64,000 nucleotides of DNA from an uncultured bacterium (GCA_963725235.1 CAVRXN010000002.1:186902-250901); one strand, 5' to 3'. Shown: positions 52,025 through 61,757, numbered from the stretch's first letter. Notes: generated by a model from the letters alone, not told the origin. A program made the numbers and translations.

Positions 52025-53763
52025 TGGAACCAAAAACCTCGCGCGGGCCACTATGGTTCGGCATCGGCCTCGTCGTTATCATCATCGGCATCGTCGGCTG
52101 GATCTATTTCCTTCAGCCGCCCGCCGGATTAAATTTTGGCATACAGCTTACGACCAATCAGGCGAACGTGTATGTTGGTTCTCCGTTTGCGCTGTCGGTC
52201 GTCGTGACGAACGATTCCGGCTCGGCGATGCAAACCTCGTCAATCGCGCTCGTCCTCCCGCAGGATGTGGTTTCGGCCGACGACCCCGGCGCACGCGTCG
52301 TAACCCTCCCAGTCGGCACGATCGAAAATGGCGGCGTCAGCCATCAAACATTCAACTTGGTCGTCGTCGGCACGCAAAACACCGTCGAAGATTTTACCGC
52401 GAACGTCCTCTATAACGTTGCCGGCTCGAGTGCGCAATTCCAAAACAGTGGAACGCTCACGCTCCCCATCGGCCAGCCCGCGGTCGGCATAAACGTTTCG
52501 GCACCGGCGAGCGTATACAGCGGGCAAAATTTTCCCGTGACAGTCAGCTACAACAATAATACGAGTGAGCCGGTTCCGAATTTTTCGATCGCGATGCAGT
52601 ATCCACCGGCGTTTTCGACGAGCGCCACCAGCAGTTCGTGGAATTTAGGCATGCTCGCGCCGAACGCGACGGGGACGATAACGATTAATGGAAATTTAAT
52701 AGGCCCGAACAATGCGTCATATCCGATCGCCGCAACCCTCGCTGAAAATGTTGGCGGCCAAAGTTATACGATCGCCAATCCTGCAGCGAACGTTGTCCTC
52801 GCGACATCGCCGTTGTCATTCGCCGTCACCGTAAACAACTCATCAACCTATGTTTCGAATACGAACGATTCTCTTAATTACCTTTTAACATTTACCAATA
52901 ACTCATCGGTCGCATTCCAAAACATTGCGATCAGCGCAAAATTCAGCGGCAGCATGCTCGATTTCTCGACACTCCAAGCGAACGGCGGTTCATTTAATTC
53001 CGTCAACGATACGGTTAGCTGGAATGGCGCCGGCGTTCCGCAGCTTCTGTCGCTCGCACCCGGGCAATCCGGTTCGGTAAATGTTTACGTGCATACAAAA
53101 AGCGCATTCCCGATCCGTCTGCCGAGCGATAAGGATTATACGGTCGGCGTGAGCGCGAGGATTTCTTCGCCGACGGTTCCGCCGGGAACGACAGCGAGCA
53201 CGACGATTTCCGTCGCGGGGTTGACGACGAAGCTCGGCGGTGCAGATCGTGCTCTCGACGACGGCGTATCAGAAAGATCCGACGGGGGTCTGCGGCTACG
53301 GCCGGGGCCAGCGGAACGGCAATACAGGTCCATATCCGCCGATCGTAAACAAAGCGACACAGTATACGATCCATTGGCTGATAACGAACTATGCAACCGA
53401 CGCGGACAATGTTACGATTTCGGCGTATCTGCAATCGGGGACGACGTGCACGGGCGTGACGAGGGCGCCGGCGTCATCGACGTTCGTCGTGCGATCCGTC
53501 GAACGGACGAGGTGACGTGGCCGATCCCGGTCGTGCCGGCGACAACGGGCATAACCGGCAAGCCGCTCGAAGCTGTCTTCCAAGTCACGAACACGCCGGC
53601 GGTAAACCAGGTCGGCCAGGACGTAACGCTGATTGGCCCGGCGACTTGACCGCGACCGATGGTTTACCGAGCTGCCGCAATGCAATCGTCCGTACAGCCA
53701 GTGACGACCGAACTGCCGAATGATACGAGTGTGTCGACGAAGCAGAGGGAGGTAACGCAATAA
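52024..53763 (+). CDS. Large N-terminally anchored surface protein with beta-sandwich (DUF11/CARDB-like) repeats; the 3' third is broken by several frame changes
   Basis: TM anchor LWFGIGLVVIIIGIVGWIYF. The collinear protein can be followed through frames 1, 2, 0, 1, 0, 2, 1 between ~53235 and 53763 (e.g. QIVLSTTAYQKDPTG..PYPPIVNKATQYTIHWLITNYATDADNVTISAYLQSG in ORF 53240..53515). Confidence 0.6.
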
Positions 53764-53775
53764 TTAAATTAAATC

Positions 53776-55106
53776 ATGAAACCATACGGACAAAGTGAAA
53801 ATTTAATGGAAAAAATTGTTTCGCTTTGTAAGCGGCGTGGTTTTGTTTTCCCCGGCTCGGAAATCTATGGCGGATTCGCGAATTCATGGGACTACGGGCC
53901 GCTCGGCGTCGAGCTGAAAAATAATATCAAAAAAGCGTGGTGGGACGGTTCATACATCGGCGGGACGATATGGTTGGTATCGATGCGGCCTTGATCATGA
54001 ATCCAAAAGTATGGGAAGCGAGTGGACATTTGAATGAGTTTCACCGATCCGCTTGTTGAATGCAAAAATTGTCATGAGCGTTTTCGCGCAGACCAAATTG
54101 ATCTAAAGGCGCCATGTCCGAATTGTGGCAAGAAAAATACATTCACTGAAGCGAAGCAATTTAATTTAATGTTGAAGACGTTTCTCGGACCTGCTGAAGA
54201 GAAAGCGAATGAGGTATATTTCCGTCCTGAAACGGCGCAGGCGATGTTCGTCGATTTTAAAAATGTTTTAGATACTTCGCGAAAGACATTGCCGTTCGGT
54301 ATCGCGCAAATCGGAAAAGCATTTCGCAACGAGATAACGCCGGGCAATTTCATTTTCCGCACGCGCGAATTCGAACAGATGGAAATCGAATATTTCATTC
54401 CCGTCGCCCGCGAACGAAGGGGATTGGCAAGACGCATTTCGAATATTGGCGGAAGGAAATGTCGACATGGATGAAGAATGACCTTGGCATTGATAAGGAG
54501 CATGTCCACGAGCTGAATTGCGGAAGGCGAGCTAGCTCATTATTCGAAACGAACGATCGACTTCGAATACGATTTTCCGTTCGGTCAGAAAGGAGTTATA
54601 CGGCCTCGCGTATCGGACCGATTTCGATTTAAAGAGTCATTATAAAGAGCCGCCATATAAGGATCCGTCAGACGGGCGAGGTGAGCTGGCCGCATACGAT
54701 CGAGCCAACATTGGGCCTCGATCGCTCGGTGCTCGCAGTTTTGGCGAATGCTTACACCGAAGAATCCGACGGCAAAGATGGCACGCGCATCTACCTGAAA
54801 CTGCCGCCAGCGCTCGCGCCGTACAAAGCCGCCATTTTCCCGTTGCTCGCGAACAAACCCGAACTCGTCGCCCGCGCGCGTGAAGTCTATGAAACGCTCC
54901 GCAAAAAATATTTCGTTGCATGGGATGATCGCGGCAATATCGGCAAGCGCTATTATTCACAAGATGAAATCGGCACACCATTCTGCATCACCATCGACTT
55001 CGATACGCTCGAGAACGATACTGTCACCGTCCGCGACCGTGACACGGCAACGCAGGAACGTGTTGCGATCGATGGTCTTGGAGGATACCTGTGGGCCAAA
55101 TTATAA
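53776..55106 (+). CDS. glyQS: Glycine--tRNA ligase (class II, dimeric GlyQS type), broken by at least six frame changes
   Basis: Collinear GlyRS segments lie in alternating frames: [46 protein letters not shown] / [32 protein letters not shown] / [43 protein letters not shown] / [18 protein letters not shown] / [21 protein letters not shown] / [15 protein letters not shown] / [39 protein letters not shown]. Confidence 0.85.
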
Positions 55107-55142
55107 ATAGGATGAAATGACGCGGCACCGCGGCGCGCGAAA

Positions 55143-55169
55143 TAAAAAGCACGGACCGAATGGCCGTGC
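55143..55169 (-). terminator. Rho-independent terminator for the small minus-strand gene
   Basis: Minus strand: GCACGG-CCATTCGGT-CCGTGC followed by TTTTTATTT. Confidence 0.5.
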
Positions 55170-55253
55170 CGATGAAAATACCACAGTACCGACTTAGAAC
55201 TTCACGGTCTTGATGTTGTCGAATTCTTGTTGTCGACAGGAATTTTCGTCCAG

Positions 55254-55448
55254 CTATATTTCAACGTAACATTCATAAACGTTTACGATCCGACCATCAA
55301 TGACTGTTCCGTCGTCCAGCGTGAACCGAGGATAGTGGCTGGAGCCCTCCTCCTGCTCGTGTTGCAGGTCGATGAGCTTCCGTCGAAGGCTTTCATGCGA
55401 AATTGAGTGTGCGTGAACGGTTGTGAAAAGAGTTGTGGGTAGTGTCAT
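55254..55448 (-). CDS. Small hypothetical protein (64 aa)
   Basis: Start chosen at the second ATG, because TGGTATCAT (an extended -10) overlaps the first ATG at 55490. Confidence 0.4.
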   Translation of the reverse strand: MTLPTTLFTTVHAHSISHESLRRKLIDLQHEQEEGSSHYPRFTLDDGTVIDGRIVNVYECYVEI

Positions 55449-55540
55449 GTCAGTCCATTTCAGCTTGCCGGATGATACCACGATCCGCAAAATTTTGGAA
55501 ATACTTCCAAATCTGCTAAATTTATAGGGCTATCAAATCT

Positions 55541-56860
55541 ATGAAATTCATCATCCACGGCGGCAAGCCGCTGTTCGGCGAAATAGCATTAAGTGGTGCC
55601 AAAATGGGGGCGCCCAAACTGATGGTTGCATCGTTACTGACCAACGAACCGTGCTTTTTGGAAAATTATCCTCACATTGGTGATACCTCTATCACTGCAG
55701 AATTGTTGGAAAACATTGGTAGTCAAATTGACATCGCGGGTTCGGTGGCAAAAATAAGTACCCCCGAAATTAAGAACAATCATGTTTTACAACTTACCCG
55801 CAAGAACCGTATTCCGATTCTTGCGTTGGCTCCGCTTCTGGCGCGCACTGGAGAAGCGGAAGTCCCGGTTTTGGGCGGAGATAAAATCGGGGCGCGTCCT
55901 GTCGATATCCATCTTGAAGCATTAACTAAGCTTGGCGTACAGATCCAAATTACAAAAAATAGCTATCACGCATGGGCAAGAAATGGTCTGCGTGGCGCTG
56001 AGATTGAATTAAGATTTCCGAGTGTCGGTGCAACAGAGAATACCATTTTGGCTGGAGTATTGGCCGAAGGGAAAACTGTTATAAAGAATGCCGCACTCGA
56101 ACCGGAAATTATCGAACTCATTAAGATGCTTCAAAAGATGGGCGCGATTATCGAACTTTGTCCACCGCGAGTGATCACGATTGAAGGTGTCAAGAAGTTG
56201 CATGGCGTCACGCACCGCATAATTCCTGATCGTAATGAAGCAGTTTCATTCGCGGCGCTCGCGATCGCAACGAACGGGAAGATTTTATTAAAAGGGGCCG
56301 AGCAGGAACATTTAATAACTTTTTTAAACTCTGTGCGGCGGATGGGTGCGGAATACGAAGTGACGCCGGATGGGATTTCGTTTTTTCGGGCGCCGAGCGA
56401 AGCCGATCCAGATATTAAAAATCCATTAAAAGCTTTGGCGATCGAAACAGCAACCCATCCCGGCTTCATGACCGACTGGCAGCAGCCGTTTTGCGTCGCG
56501 ATGACACAGGCGACGGGCATTTCGACGATCCACGAAACAATTTACGAAGACCGGTTCGCGTATGCGCATGATCTGAACGAGATGGGCGCGAAGATTCGCG
56601 TTTCGATGGAGTGCCCCGAAGGAGAGCTGTGCCGGTTTAATGGAAAAAACTTTTATCACACTGCAACCATCGAAGGCCCAACCGAATTGACGAGCGCCAA
56701 GCTGACCGTCCGCGACCTACGCTCCGGGATGGTCGACATCATCGCCGCACTCGTCGCGCGCGGCGTTTCCGAAGTCGACGGCGTCGACGAGATCGACCGC
56801 GGCTATGAGCGGATCGACGAACGCCTGCGCGATTTGGGCGCGGACATCACGCGGGTGTAA
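55541..56860 (+). CDS. murA: UDP-N-acetylglucosamine 1-carboxyvinyltransferase MurA
   Basis: EPSP-synthase-fold family. GGDKIGARPVDIHL with the active-site loop, FPSVGATENTILAGVLAEG, and a C-terminal IDRGYERIDERLRDLGA. Confidence 0.9.
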   Translation: MKFIIHGGKPLFGEIALSGAKMGAPKLMVASLLTNEPCFLENYPHIGDTSITAELLENIGSQIDIAGSVAKISTPEIKNNHVLQLTRKNRIPILALAPLLARTGEAEVPVLGGDKIGARPVDIHLEALTKLGVQIQITKNSYHAWARNGLRGAEIELRFPSVGATENTILAGVLAEGKTVIKNAALEPEIIELIKMLQKMGAIIELCPPRVITIEGVKKLHGVTHRIIPDRNEAVSFAALAIATNGKILLKGAEQEHLITFLNSVRRMGAEYEVTPDGISFFRAPSEADPDIKNPLKALAIETATHPGFMTDWQQPFCVAMTQATGISTIHETIYEDRFAYAHDLNEMGAKIRVSMECPEGELCRFNGKNFYHTATIEGPTELTSAKLTVRDLRSGMVDIIAALVARGVSEVDGVDEIDRGYERIDERLRDLGADITRV

Positions 56861-56889
56861 AACGACCGCGGCGGGTGTAGAATATAAGC

Positions 56890-57177
56890 ATGAAGCTCGC
56901 GCTCGCCATCGTCCTCTTTATCGTACTTGTCTTTGTCGGTTGGCAGGCTTTTGGTTTTTGGCGGCAAGAAAGTTCGTTGAACGCGAGTTTATCCGATGTT
57001 CAATCGCGACTCGCGACGGCGCAGTCGAATGAGGCCGACCTGCAAGCCGAAACGCAGTACCTCGCAGACCCGGCAAATCTCGAAAAAGAATTACGTGCAC
57101 AATTTAATTATAAGAAGCCGGGCGAGACGATGATTATTATCGTGCCGGATCAGAGCCAAAGTTCGACGAACCCGTAG
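56890..57177 (+). CDS. ftsB: Septum formation initiator FtsB/DivIC-like
   Basis: N-terminal TM helix, coiled coil (..LQAETQYLADPANLEKELRAQFNYKKPGE..), 95 aa. Confidence 0.7.
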   Translation: MKLALAIVLFIVLVFVGWQAFGFWRQESSLNASLSDVQSRLATAQSNEADLQAETQYLADPANLEKELRAQFNYKKPGETMIIIVPDQSQSSTNP

Positions 57178-57658
57178 CTATTTCTTTTTTGTGCGTGGGT
57201 TTCCCCTCCAACCGTTCCGAAACATTCAGCTTCCGCAAGAAATATAAAACGAGTGTGATAAGTAATGCCGCGACGGTTGCGAATAAACACAATCCGATCC
57301 CGACGAGCGCACCGATCGCGGCGGTCGTCCAGACAAGTGCCGCGGTCGTTACGCCGTACGCATGGTCGCCGTCGTGGATGATCAAACCAGCGCCGAGGAA
57401 GCCGATGCCGACAACAATGTTCGCGATGACGGCGACGGCCGCATTGACGGTCGACGCGTCGGGCAATGCGCCGATCCCGGCGGCGGTAATATAGGGGAGC
57501 GTGATGCCAATCATCGCAAAAATTGCCGCTCCACCTGCGACAAGCATTTCCGTCCGGACACCCGCTTCTTTTTTCACGAGCTCGCGTTCGACGCCCAGGA
57601 TCGCGCCAAGCGCGAGTGCGATCACGAGCCGCGTGAGCATTTGCTCAAAAGTTAACAT
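57137..57658 (-). CDS. MgtC/SapB-family membrane protein
   Basis: LTRLVIALALGAILGVERE.. is the MgtC family signature. Start taken at MLTFEQ (57658). TGCTAATAT lies 7 nt upstream. Confidence 0.75.
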   Translation of the reverse strand: MLTFEQMLTRLVIALALGAILGVERELVKKEAGVRTEMLVAGGAAIFAMIGITLPYITAAGIGALPDASTVNAAVAVIANIVVGIGFLGAGLIIHDGDHAYGVTTAALVWTTAAIGALVGIGLCLFATVAALLITLVLYFLRKLNVSERLEGKPTHKKEIATGSSNFGSDPAR

Positions 57659-57681
57659 TGTTTTAATATTAGCATACTGAT

Positions 57682-59112
57682 ATGAGCTTAGAAGAGAGAA
57701 CATACATCGGAGACCTCGGCGCTTCGATCGGGAAAGAAGTAACGATCATGGGGTGGGTCGACGTTCGCCGCGATCAGGGCAAGCTCATTTTTTTTGATTT
57801 CCGCGACATGACGGGTTACGTCCAAGGCGTCATTTTGCCCGCCGCGGCCGAGGCGCATGCGGTCGGCGAAAAAATTCGCGCAGAATATGTTGTTGAAGTT
57901 ACGGGCAAAGTAAACCAGCGGCCGGAGAAAAATATTCAAAAAGAAAAACAGAACGGCGATATCGAGCTTGAAATCTTGGCGATAACGATTCTGAACGAAG
58001 CGGAAACGCCGCCGTTTGATGTTCGCGACGACGGGATGGATATCAATGAAGAAGTTCGCATGAAATATCGTTATCTCGATCTGCGACGTCCGCGTTTGCA
58101 AAAAAATATTCGCATGCGCGACAAGATTATTTCGTTCTTCCGCGATTATATGCATCGCCACCATTTTGTCGAAATCGAGACGCCGATCTTGATGAAGGGA
58201 ACGCCCGAGGGTTCGCGGGAGTATATCGTCCCATCGCGTCTCGAAAAAGGTAAGTTCTATGCATTGCCACAGTCGCCGCAGCAGTTTAAGCAGCTGTCGA
58301 TGGTTGCCGGATTTGAGCGCTATTTCCAAATCGCCCGTTGTATGCGCGACGAAGATCTACGCGGCGATCGCCAGCCGGAATTCACGCAGCTCGACTTCGA
58401 AATGTCGTTTGTAACGCAGGAAGATATTTTGCAATTTACGGAGCCGATGTTTATCGAACTTGTAAAAACGCTTTTCCCCGAAAAAACTATCTCGCAAATC
58501 CCATTCCCGCGCATTACATTCCGCGAGTCGATGGAGGGGTATGGAAATGACAAGCCGGATCTGCGGAAAGATAAAAATGATCCGAATGAATTGGCGTTTG
58601 CATGGATCGTCGACTTCCCGATGTTCGAGAAAGACAAAGAGGGGAATATCCAGACGGCGCATCACCCATTTTGCTCGATAAAAGACGAAGATGTCGACAA
58701 GTTTATGAAAAGCGAAGATCTGATGTCGATCCGGGCAAATTCGTATGACTTGATATTAAATGGTTACGAACTGAGTTCTGGCAGTATTCGTATTCATAAG
58801 GCGGATATGCAGCATAAGGTTTTTGAATTGTTAAATATTGATGCGGCGACCCAGCAAAAAAAGTTTGGCCATATGCTCGAAGCATTTAAATTCGGCGCCC
58901 CGCCACATGGTGGCTTCGCTCCCGGCATCGACCGAATCGTCATGCTCCTGATGGGCGAGCCGAACATCCGTGAGGTGATTGCATTCCCGAAGACCGGCGA
59001 AGGAAAGGACCTCCTGATGGGGTCGCCCGCGGAAGCGGACAAGAAGCAGTTGGACGAATTGGGCATTCAGGTGATACAATCGGCGAAGGAGAAAACTGGG
59101 GACAAAAAATAA
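57682..59112 (+). CDS. aspS: Aspartate--tRNA ligase, short form lacking the bacterial GAD insertion domain
   Basis: OB-fold anticodon-binding N-domain, class II motifs (FFRDYM..FVEIETP, FQIARCMRDEDLR, GGFAPGIDRIVML). DKPDLR is followed directly by ..FAWIVDFPMFE with no ~100-aa insertion. 476 aa. Confidence 0.9.
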   Translation: MSLEERTYIGDLGASIGKEVTIMGWVDVRRDQGKLIFFDFRDMTGYVQGVILPAAAEAHAVGEKIRAEYVVEVTGKVNQRPEKNIQKEKQNGDIELEILAITILNEAETPPFDVRDDGMDINEEVRMKYRYLDLRRPRLQKNIRMRDKIISFFRDYMHRHHFVEIETPILMKGTPEGSREYIVPSRLEKGKFYALPQSPQQFKQLSMVAGFERYFQIARCMRDEDLRGDRQPEFTQLDFEMSFVTQEDILQFTEPMFIELVKTLFPEKTISQIPFPRITFRESMEGYGNDKPDLRKDKNDPNELAFAWIVDFPMFEKDKEGNIQTAHHPFCSIKDEDVDKFMKSEDLMSIRANSYDLILNGYELSSGSIRIHKADMQHKVFELLNIDAATQQKKFGHMLEAFKFGAPPHGGFAPGIDRIVMLLMGEPNIREVIAFPKTGEGKDLLMGSPAEADKKQLDELGIQVIQSAKEKTGDKK

Positions 59113-59130
59113 TTAAACAAAAATAAAACT

Positions 59131-59733
59131 ATGGCACATCCAAAAATGGAGCGAACGCTGGTGATGGTAAAACCTGACGGCATCCAGCGGACATTAATAG
59201 GCGAAATAATCAAACGCTACGAGCAAAGCGGTTTGAAGCTCGTGGGGATGAAGATGTTAGTACCGACGGAAGAAATGATCGATAAGCATTACCTGCTCGA
59301 TCCGGAATGGCGTGTGAAAACGGGTTTGAAAACGATTGAATCATATAAGAAAAAAGGGAAGAAGCCACCGTCAGAGGATCCGTTGGAGATAACGGCCGTC
59401 ATATTAAAAAATCTTAAAAAGTATATGACGAAAGGGCCGGTAGTGGCGATGGTCTGGCAGGGCATTCATGCTGCAGCTATCGTCAAAAAAATAACCGGCG
59501 GCACCGAACCGTTGACCTCCGATATGGGAACGATTCGTGGTGATTATACGATTGACTCGTATGAAGTTTCTGATGTCGATAGTCGCGCGGTACGAAACCT
59601 CGTCCATTGCTCCGGCAACGCACAAGAAGCGGCCCAAGAAGTTGATCTTTGGTTTAAACCGCACGAATTGATCGATTATCGTTTGATCAACGAAGCGATG
59701 CTGTATGATCCCGAGATAAGCAATATTCTCTAG
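59131..59733 (+). CDS. ndk: Nucleoside-diphosphate kinase with an internal ~50-aa insertion
   Basis: ERTLVMVKPDGIQRTLIGEIIKRYEQSGLKLVGMKM and GTIRGDY..N.VHCSG (catalytic His). 200 aa versus ~140 typical. Confidence 0.85.
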   Translation: MAHPKMERTLVMVKPDGIQRTLIGEIIKRYEQSGLKLVGMKMLVPTEEMIDKHYLLDPEWRVKTGLKTIESYKKKGKKPPSEDPLEITAVILKNLKKYMTKGPVVAMVWQGIHAAAIVKKITGGTEPLTSDMGTIRGDYTIDSYEVSDVDSRAVRNLVHCSGNAQEAAQEVDLWFKPHELIDYRLINEAMLYDPEISNIL

Positions 59734-59736
59734 GCG

Positions 59737-60207
59737 ATGCCCGATCTCGACCCACGTCTTCATTTCGTTGCAGTGACGTGCATTATCGAACGTGACGGTA
59801 AATTTTTAATCACGAAGCGAGCGCCTACCGAAAAAGCATGGCCAAATAAATGGACGGTGCCGGGCGGTAAATTTGTCTACACCGAATATAAAGATTTGCC
59901 GCGAAGCGCGGTGAATGAGCTTCAGTGGTACGACGTTATGGATTTTGTGCTTCGGAAAGAAGTTCGCGAAGAGGTCGGATTGGAAGTTGAAAAGCCGGAT
60001 TATGTTACCAATCTTGTCGGCGTCCGACCGGATGGATATCCAGTGGTCGTATTTTCATTTTGGGCGCGATATAAGAGTGGTGAGGTTAAGTTGAGCGATG
60101 AGATGACTGATTTCGCCTGGGTGACTGCGGAAGAGTCAAAAAAGTACGACATGATTGCCGGCATCCCGGATGAGCTTGAGCAAGTCGAGAAATCGCTGGC
60201 GAAATAA
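59737..60207 (+). CDS. NUDIX hydrolase
   Basis: Nudix box GGKFVYTEY....VLRKEVREEVGLEV (GX5EX7REUXEEXGU-like). Confidence 0.8.
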   Translation: MPDLDPRLHFVAVTCIIERDGKFLITKRAPTEKAWPNKWTVPGGKFVYTEYKDLPRSAVNELQWYDVMDFVLRKEVREEVGLEVEKPDYVTNLVGVRPDGYPVVVFSFWARYKSGEVKLSDEMTDFAWVTAEESKKYDMIAGIPDELEQVEKSLAK

Positions 60208-60208
60208 C

Positions 60209-60928
60209 TTACTTAAACGCTTTAACAATCGGCTCCATATCCCCGTCGAGGATTTTTTCGATGTTGTGCCACTTCTTGCCGATGCGGTGGTCGGTGATGC
60301 GGTCGTCGGGGAAGTTATAGGTCCGGATCTTTTCCGAACGGTCGGCGGTGCCGATTTGCTCTCGCCGGATATCGCCGCGATTGCCGACGGCCCGGAGTTG
60401 TTCGATCTCGTAGAGCTTGGCGCGGAGAACGTCCATGGCTTTTTCCCGGTTCGCGTTCTGCGACCGCTCCTCGCGTGAACCGACGACGATGCCGGTCGGC
60501 TTGTGCAAAATCCGGACGGCGGTTTCAACTTTATTAACATTCTGGCCGCCAGGACCGCCGGCACGAGAGAACGTAACCTCTAAGTCATTCGGGGAAATCG
60601 TAACCTCGCGCGCTTCGACGATCGGCAAAACCGCAACCGACGCGGTCGACGTATGTACGCGGCCCGATTTCTCGGTCTTCGGCACGCGCTGGACGCGATG
60701 GACGCCTGACTCGTTGCGGAATGCTTCATAGACGCCTTCGCCGCGCGCTTCGGCTGTTAATGACTTATAGCCCTCAAGCGAGGTTTGGTTCGAATCGAGG
60801 ATAGAAAACGTCCAGCCGCGGCGGGCTGAATAGCGTTGGTACATGCGCGCCAAATCGCCGGCAAAAATAGCGGCCTCATCGCCGCCCGCGCCCGCCCTGA
60901 TTTCCACAATGATCTTGTTGGTCGTCAT
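60209..60928 (-). CDS. prfA: Class I peptide chain release factor, RF1-type, lacking the N-terminal domain 1 (239 aa)
   Basis: Starts at [25 protein letters not shown] (equivalent to ~residue 105 of E. coli RF1). RF1-type tripeptide context [17 protein letters not shown]; GGQ motif [13 protein letters not shown]. The upstream flank is a divergent + strand gene. Confidence 0.8.
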   Translation of the reverse strand: MTTNKIIVEIRAGAGGDEAAIFAGDLARMYQRYSARRGWTFSILDSNQTSLEGYKSLTAEARGEGVYEAFRNESGVHRVQRVPKTEKSGRVHTSTASVAVLPIVEAREVTISPNDLEVTFSRAGGPGGQNVNKVETAVRILHKPTGIVVGSREERSQNANREKAMDVLRAKLYEIEQLRAVGNRGDIRREQIGTADRSEKIRTYNFPDDRITDHRIGKKWHNIEKILDGDMEPIVKAFK

Positions 60929-60954
60929 GAATATGCTATACTAACATTAAATCC

Positions 60955-61344
60955 ATGCCAGACCAACCCCTTATTTTGCTGGTTGACGATGAGGCCGACT
61001 TTCGCGAGATTTTCAGCATGAAATTGAAGCAGGCAGGTTTTCGCGTCGAAACAGCGGAGAATGGCCAACAGGGCGTCGATAAAGCGAAGGCGTTGATGCC
61101 GAACTTGATATTGATGGACGTCAAAATGCCGGTGATGGATGGCGCGACCGCAGTTCTAAAACTTCGTGAGGATCCGGCGACGAAGGATATTAAAGTCGCA
61201 TTCCTGACAAGCTTGGGCGATCCGCACGCCGAGATGCAGGCCGTGAATGCGAAATTTTCCGAGGACTTTGGCGCGCAGGGATATTTGAAAAAGACCGACG
61301 ACCTTGATTCACTCGTGGAAAAAATAAAAGGGTTTTTGAAATAA
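60955..61344 (+). CDS. Single-domain response regulator (CheY-like receiver)
   Basis: LLVDDE, phospho-acceptor context LILMDVKMPVMDG, and a conserved T/K (FLTSLGD.., GYLKK). 129 aa, no output domain. Confidence 0.85.
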   Translation: MPDQPLILLVDDEADFREIFSMKLKQAGFRVETAENGQQGVDKAKALMPNLILMDVKMPVMDGATAVLKLREDPATKDIKVAFLTSLGDPHAEMQAVNAKFSEDFGAQGYLKKTDDLDSLVEKIKGFLK

Positions 61345-61364
61345 ATTGGCGCCACCCCGTTCCG

Positions 61365-61757
61365 ATGCGTGAAAAACCGCTCATCCTGCTTGTCGACGAC
61401 GAAGCGAACTTTCTCGAGATAATCTCGACGAAGCTTGGCGCTGCAGGTTTTGAAGTTGTTGCGGCGCATAACGCCGACCAAGCGATCGCTGCCGCTCGGA
61501 AAATTATGCCGGACCTTATCCTGATGGATGTCATGATGCCCGGCGAAACGGGAACCGACGCAGCGGTTGCGATAAAACAGGATCCGGCGATGAAAGATAT
61601 TAAGATTGCGTTCCTGAGCAATATGAAAGATCCGTGGCCGCGCACGGCGACGCCGCGCGATGAGCTCGCGAAGGTACTCGGCGCGGAAGAATTTATCGAC
61701 AAGTCCGGCGACCTCGACACGATCGCGACGCGAGTGAAAGAAATTCTTGCGAGATAA
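61365..61757 (+). CDS. Single-domain response regulator (CheY-like receiver), tandem paralog
   Basis: LLVDDEANF, LILMDVMMPGETG, FLSNMKD. 130 aa. Confidence 0.85.
   Translation: MREKPLILLVDDEANFLEIISTKLGAAGFEVVAAHNADQAIAAARKIMPDLILMDVMMPGETGTDAAVAIKQDPAMKDIKIAFLSNMKDPWPRTATPRDELAKVLGAEEFIDKSGDLDTIATRVKEILAR

Noticed and set aside
60209-60928. Programmed +1 frameshift of prfB as an explanation for the short release factor
   Set aside because: - The protein has the RF1-type PxT context (PKT), not the SPF of RF2.
- There is no upstream ORF fragment or CTTTGA-type shift site.
- The upstream 27 bp belong to a divergent promoter.
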